Source: Promethearchaeota archaeon (GTDB taxonomy: Archaea > Asgardarchaeota > Lokiarchaeia > Sigyniarchaeales > SOKP01). Taken from it: a stretch of 10,869 nt of DNA. The notes below the pieces were generated by a model, which saw nothing but the letters and a program-made list of their open reading frames with translations, searched no databases and was not told the origin of the DNA. The position numbers and the translations under genes were made by a program. The DNA is taken from NCBI GenBank assembly GCA_019058015.1, contig JAHLWH010000141.1, forward strand, positions 1-10,869. The letters run 5' to 3'. How positions within the stretch are numbered: position 1 is the first letter of the stretch; the number at the start of each line of letters is the position of its first letter. Below are positions 6,746 to 10,869 of the stretch, in pieces.

Positions 6746-8326
6746 ATGAGTAGTACTATTCACAAAAGTTCAAGTTTTGATTCATCATATGATGTAGTTG
6801 TCATCGGAGCAGGACTCGGTGGTCTCGGTGCAGCGTTAAATTTAGCTTTATCACAAAAAAGCGTGCTTCTTTTAGAACAGCATAATTTACCTGGCGGTTT
6901 TGCTTCGAGTTTTGTACGAGGTCGATTTGAATTCGAAATTTCACTTCATGAAATGTGTGCTGTTGGCCCTCCAGAAGGTCCTCTTAAAGGTCCCATTAGG
7001 TATGTCCTTCATGATGAATCCAGCGTAGATGTAGAATTCGTGCCAGTTCCAGAAGCTTATCATTTGATTTTAACAGGTGAAGAACATAAAATTAACGTTA
7101 AATTGCCTTTTGGCGTAGAAAATTTTATTGATACAGTATGTTCTGCAGTACCAGAAACACCAAGAGAAAGCCTGGTTAAATATTTCGATCTTTGTAGAGA
7201 GTGTAGTGAAGCATTAACATTTGTAGCCCGGTCGAAAGGAAAAATAGACTTTAAAACCTTAATGGTGAAATATGCGTCGTTTTTAACTACTTCTGGCTAT
7301 AGTGTAGCCGAGGTTACAAATAAATTCAGATTTCCGAGAAAAACTTTGGACCTTTTATATCCTTACTCATGTTACATGGGATTACCTGCATCTAGGTTAG
7401 ATTTTACGATATGGGCATCATTACTTCATCTCTATATAACCCAGGGCGCATACATCCCCAAAGGAACATCACACCAAATGTGTTCAGCTATCGATACCAG
7501 AATTAGAGAACTTGGAGGTCAAACGGAATATAATACTAAAGTAAAAAAAATTTTAGTCGAAGATAGAAAAGTTGTCGGTGTTGAAACCGATGATGGTGAA
7601 AAAATTAAGGCAAAATATGTCATAACAAATTGTTCGCCTCATCTAGTTTATGGTAAATTGATTTCTCCAGCAAGTGCGGTTCCAGTAGAAGCACACAAAC
7701 TTAACAATTCTAGGCGTCTTGGTGTTTCAGCTTTTGTTGTCTACATGGGTTTAGATGCATCTCCTAAAGATTTGAATCTTGAAAGTTACGGATATTTCAT
7801 TAGCCCTCATATGGACACGGAGAAGATAAATAAGAGTATGCTACAATATGAGAATATGCCCGATTTAACAGCCAGTATCTGCCTAAATAACGCTATACCC
7901 GACTGTTCTCCACCCGGAACAACGATTTTGTCAATTACAACCGCTTTTGGAATTGATGTTTGGAAAAATATTACACCCGAAACATATTTCGCGACTAAAA
8001 ACAAATTCGCAAGGCAAATGATTGAACAAGTAAGTAAAGCATTAGATTCTCCGATTTCTGAACATATCGAAGAAATTGAAGTTGCAACGCCACAAACATT
8101 CTCACGTTATACTGGTTCATTTAAAGGCGGTGTTTATGGTTATGATTTGGATCCTTGGGACAGCTTAGTTATAAGATCACAAGTAAAAAACAAAGAAGAA
8201 TTCTTTAAAGGTCTAGAATTTGCTGGGGGTTTTGCAGCAATGGGTCATGGATATAATAGCTCTCTACTTTCAGGACGGCAAGCAGCACGATCTGTTCTAT
8301 GGAAAATGAAAAAAGAGGGAGGCTGA
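6746..8326 (+). CDS. FAD-dependent oxidoreductase, phytoene desaturase/CrtISO/RetSat superfamily (COG1233)
   Basis: DVVVIGAGLGGL Rossmann motif, LEQHNLPGG...F-x-R-x-x-FEFE, PKGT, SAFVVYMG, ATPQTFSRYTG...GGVYG, GLEFAG...GHGY...SG. Confidence 0.92.
   Translation: MSSTIHKSSSFDSSYDVVVIGAGLGGLGAALNLALSQKSVLLLEQHNLPGGFASSFVRGRFEFEISLHEMCAVGPPEGPLKGPIRYVLHDESSVDVEFVPVPEAYHLILTGEEHKINVKLPFGVENFIDTVCSAVPETPRESLVKYFDLCRECSEALTFVARSKGKIDFKTLMVKYASFLTTSGYSVAEVTNKFRFPRKTLDLLYPYSCYMGLPASRLDFTIWASLLHLYITQGAYIPKGTSHQMCSAIDTRIRELGGQTEYNTKVKKILVEDRKVVGVETDDGEKIKAKYVITNCSPHLVYGKLISPASAVPVEAHKLNNSRRLGVSAFVVYMGLDASPKDLNLESYGYFISPHMDTEKINKSMLQYENMPDLTASICLNNAIPDCSPPGTTILSITTAFGIDVWKNITPETYFATKNKFARQMIEQVSKALDSPISEHIEEIEVATPQTFSRYTGSFKGGVYGYDLDPWDSLVIRSQVKNKEEFFKGLEFAGGFAAMGHGYNSSLLSGRQAARSVLWKMKKEGG
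8318..8322 (+). promoter_or_regulatory. Shine-Dalgarno sequence for the reductase, embedded in the last codons of the upstream gene
   Basis: GGAGG 8 nt before the ATG at 8331. The intergenic gap is only 4 nt. Confidence 0.65.
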
Positions 8327-8330
8327 AAAT

Positions 8331-9560
8331 ATGGAAGTATATGGTAGGTCAAAAGATATGGCACAAGCCTCCAAAATGCAGCGTGAGCGAAAGAAACGAT
8401 GGAAAAATGCATCTCCTGTACCAGATGTCGAAGATCCAATAAAAGAATTATCAAAAGGTCTACATTTAAAAAATTTCCAATTGATAATAACAGACATTAA
8501 AGAAGTCACTAAAACTACAAAAACTTACAGATTGAAACTTGCACCGGATTCTGAGTTGAAAAGATTACCTCTCTTTCGCGCTGGACAATATCTCAGTGTT
8601 AAAGTTAATATAGATGGGGTCAAGGTTACCAGGCCCTACTCGATTTCTTCAGCACCGTCAGACGTTCTTGGAGATGGATTTTATGAACTTACAATTAAAA
8701 TTAAAGACGATGGCTTTTTATCATTAGAGCTTTTCGAAAAATGGAAAACAGGAAGTATTATTTCGGTGTCTGGACCACACGGAAATATGTATTTTGATGA
8801 TTTACGTGATTTAAATGAGATAGTTGGAATTGCAGGTGGTTCAGGCATAACACCCTTCAGGTCAATTATACACGAGATTGCGACTCAAAAATTAGATCTA
8901 AAATTAACTGTGCTCTACGGGAGTCGTTATGAAGATGATATAATCTTTGCGGAAGAATTAAGCAATCTTGCTGGAAAATTGCCAGATAAAATTAAGGTTG
9001 TAAATATTTGTAGTGAACCAAGTGAAAATTGGAGCGGACCTTCAGGTTTCATTACTGCCGAATTAATCAAAAAATACGCAGGACCGATAGAAGGAAAGAC
9101 ATTTTTCATTTGCGGACCGCAGGCGATGTATGAATTCTTAGAAAAAGAAATCCAAAGTCTTAACATTCCAAATAGAAGAATAAGGAGAGAATTATATGGA
9201 CAACCCGACAATATTACAATGAATCCAAAATACCTAGTAGAATTTAAAGATAAAACGTTTAATATAACAGTAAGAATAGGAAATAAAATAGAAACGATTA
9301 AAGCATCAGCAACTGAATCAGTTTTAGTGTCACTTGAGCGAGCTGGCATCGTGGTTGATTCGCAATGCCGTTCAGGCGAATGTGGTTTTTGTCGTTCACT
9401 TCTCATCTCTGGTAATATTTTTATTAATGATGAAATCGATGGGAGACGCGCAGGTGATAAAAAATTTGGTTTCTTTCACCCATGCTCCTCATACCCACTT
9501 AGTGACTTGGAAATTAAAATTCCTTCGTTTAAATTCGTGAAATTCAGTCCAATTAAATGA
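8331..9560 (+). CDS. FNR-type FAD/NAD(P)H oxidoreductase with a C-terminal plant-type [2Fe-2S] domain (PaaE/Hcr/KshB-like architecture)
   Basis: FRAGQY, RPYSISS, GFLS, GPHG, AGGSGITPF, FICGP, and C-x4-C-x2-C-x30-C (CRSGECGFC...HPC, 9366-9485). Confidence 0.93.
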   Translation: MEVYGRSKDMAQASKMQRERKKRWKNASPVPDVEDPIKELSKGLHLKNFQLIITDIKEVTKTTKTYRLKLAPDSELKRLPLFRAGQYLSVKVNIDGVKVTRPYSISSAPSDVLGDGFYELTIKIKDDGFLSLELFEKWKTGSIISVSGPHGNMYFDDLRDLNEIVGIAGGSGITPFRSIIHEIATQKLDLKLTVLYGSRYEDDIIFAEELSNLAGKLPDKIKVVNICSEPSENWSGPSGFITAELIKKYAGPIEGKTFFICGPQAMYEFLEKEIQSLNIPNRRIRRELYGQPDNITMNPKYLVEFKDKTFNITVRIGNKIETIKASATESVLVSLERAGIVVDSQCRSGECGFCRSLLISGNIFINDEIDGRRAGDKKFGFFHPCSSYPLSDLEIKIPSFKFVKFSPIK

Positions 9561-9577
9561 TTAAATTATTCTTATTA

Positions 9578-9641
9578 TTTTCTTTTTTTAATTTGACCTA
9601 TTAAGAATCTTAATTGGATTTATAAAAAGGTAAAAAAAAAA
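9578..9641. terminator. Oligo-T terminators for the two convergent transcription units
   Basis: T7 at 9583-9589 on the plus strand. A10 at 9632-9641, i.e. T10 on the minus strand, 10 nt after the ligase stop codon. Confidence 0.5.
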
Positions 9642-9651
9642 TTAATTAAAT

Positions 9652-10869
9652 TTATTTCTGTTTCCAGAGTGGATCTTGCTCTTGGAGAACTCGTCGTTGA
9701 ACCTTTCCAACCATAGATTTAGGAATTTCTTTTATAATCTCTATTTGTTTGGGGCATTTATAATGAGTAATGTTTTCCTTACACCAATTAATTAACTCGT
9801 CAGAAGTTATTTTACCTATTGAATCTTCTTGTAGTTGTACCCATGCCTTAACGAGCTCATCCGTTTCTGGATCTGGTAGACCTGCAACGGCTACTTCTAG
9901 AACTGCGGGGTGGCTTCCGATTAGTTCTTCTACTTCTTTAGGAAATACGGAATATCCCTTATATTTTATCATCTGTTTTTTTCTATCGCGTATTGTAATT
10001 TGTCCTGTTTCATCCATGTATCCAAGATCGCCAGTAAGGCACCAAATTCGTCCATTCCATTCTCTTAAAGTTTCTGCAGTAGCTTTAGGATTATTTAGAT
10101 ATCCTTTCATAACTTGTGGCCCGCATACGCATATTTCTCCAGTAAATTCTATTCCATAACCTTTAAGTGGTCCCTTACTGAAATCTTCAGCATCAAAAAT
10201 TGCCCAATCGGTGCCAGGATAAGGTAATCCTATTTTTCCAGGCTCATCTTTTCCATTAAATGGTCCTGTACTAACTACAGTGGTACATTCTGTTAATCCG
10301 TAGGCTTCAACAAGTTTTCCTCCACTAATCGCTTCAAATTTGTCTTTAACAGGCCTGTGAAGTGCTCCTGCGCCGCTTACACACAATCTGAACATTCCTT
10401 TAAGTCTGGGTTCAGGATTCTCCTGTAAATAACGAGTCAATCCAATGAAAAGGTTTTCAACACCCGGAAGTATAACTCCACCTTCTGGTCCAACCTCTAA
10501 TATTGTATCCACGACTTCTTTTAAAGAAGAGGGAGGTCTTGGAAACAGTATATTGTAATCTCCACCCTCTATGACCACATTTTGAACGATGGTCTGACCA
10601 AAAGCATGAAACATAGGAAGAATTCCAATGCAAGCCATCGGATGAGTTGCATCTGGCATCCATAAAAAAGTTTGTTTTGCATTTGTTACACAATTATAAT
10701 GTGTAATTATTGCTGCTTTTGGAACACCTGTAGTTCCACCTGTCATCAAATATACAGCAGTATCATTTAGAGGATCAATTTTTACCTCTGGAATATCAAC
10801 TTCTCCCCTTTTATTAGCCAACTCTTTAAAGTCTAATGCCCCCGGAACATCACCACTAGGTATGGTACC
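9652..10869 (-). CDS. Long-chain fatty acyl-CoA synthetase, FadD-like (5' end outside the window)
   Basis: The frame stays open to the window end (GTIPSGDVPGALDFKELAN...). Motifs: LMTGGTTGVPK, LPMFHAFG, EAYGLTE, GEICVCGPQVMKGY, TGDLG, DRKKQMIKYKGYSVFPKEVE, PKSMVGK. Confidence 0.95.
   Translation of the reverse strand, partial: GTIPSGDVPGALDFKELANKRGEVDIPEVKIDPLNDTAVYLMTGGTTGVPKAAIITHYNCVTNAKQTFLWMPDATHPMACIGILPMFHAFGQTIVQNVVIEGGDYNILFPRPPSSLKEVVDTILEVGPEGGVILPGVENLFIGLTRYLQENPEPRLKGMFRLCVSGAGALHRPVKDKFEAISGGKLVEAYGLTECTTVVSTGPFNGKDEPGKIGLPYPGTDWAIFDAEDFSKGPLKGYGIEFTGEICVCGPQVMKGYLNNPKATAETLREWNGRIWCLTGDLGYMDETGQITIRDRKKQMIKYKGYSVFPKEVEELIGSHPAVLEVAVAGLPDPETDELVKAWVQLQEDSIGKITSDELINWCKENITHYKCPKQIEIIKEIPKSMVGKVQRRVLQEQDPLWKQK

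Noticed and set aside
6746-8326. Naming the flavoprotein crtI
   Set aside because: No carotenoid pathway genes are nearby, and superfamily motifs do not define the substrate.
6687-9560. Selenocysteine readthrough at the TGA stops (6689, 8326, 9560)
   Set aside because: The proteins appear complete. After 6689 and 8326 in-frame stops follow within a few codons, and I saw no SECIS-like hairpin.
7807-10693. ORFs 7807-8004, 8245-8454, 8297-8509, 8927-9406, 9334-9540, 9770-10159 and 10457-10693
   Set aside because: They overlap strong CDSs in antisense or alternative frames and show no independent coding signal.
1-10869. CRISPR array, transposase/IS ends, integrase or att duplication
   Set aside because: None seen by eye on either strand.

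Overview
AT-rich archaeal window, probably from an Asgard/Lokiarchaeia-type genome. This is an inference from the bulge-helix-bulge (BHB) tRNA intron, TATA-type promoters, multiple acyl-CoA synthetase paralogues and a characteristic zinc-ribbon protein. Both edges cut through AMP-forming acyl-CoA synthetase genes. Between them lie a neutral-ceramidase-family amidohydrolase and a tRNA-Val(GAC) with a 33-nt intron at non-canonical D-arm position 23/24. Next comes an accessory block: an orphan membrane/Cys-motif protein and a VapBC-like toxin-antitoxin pair with candidate operator repeats. A 4-TM protein, a zinc-ribbon protein and a two-gene operon follow; the operon couples a CrtI/RetSat-family flavoprotein to an FAD/NAD(P)H/[2Fe-2S] reductase. 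The best-supported novelty is the D-arm intron. The best candidate for an undescribed system is the flavoprotein + reductase pair within a lipid-processing neighbourhood. All family calls come from motif recognition, not database searches.
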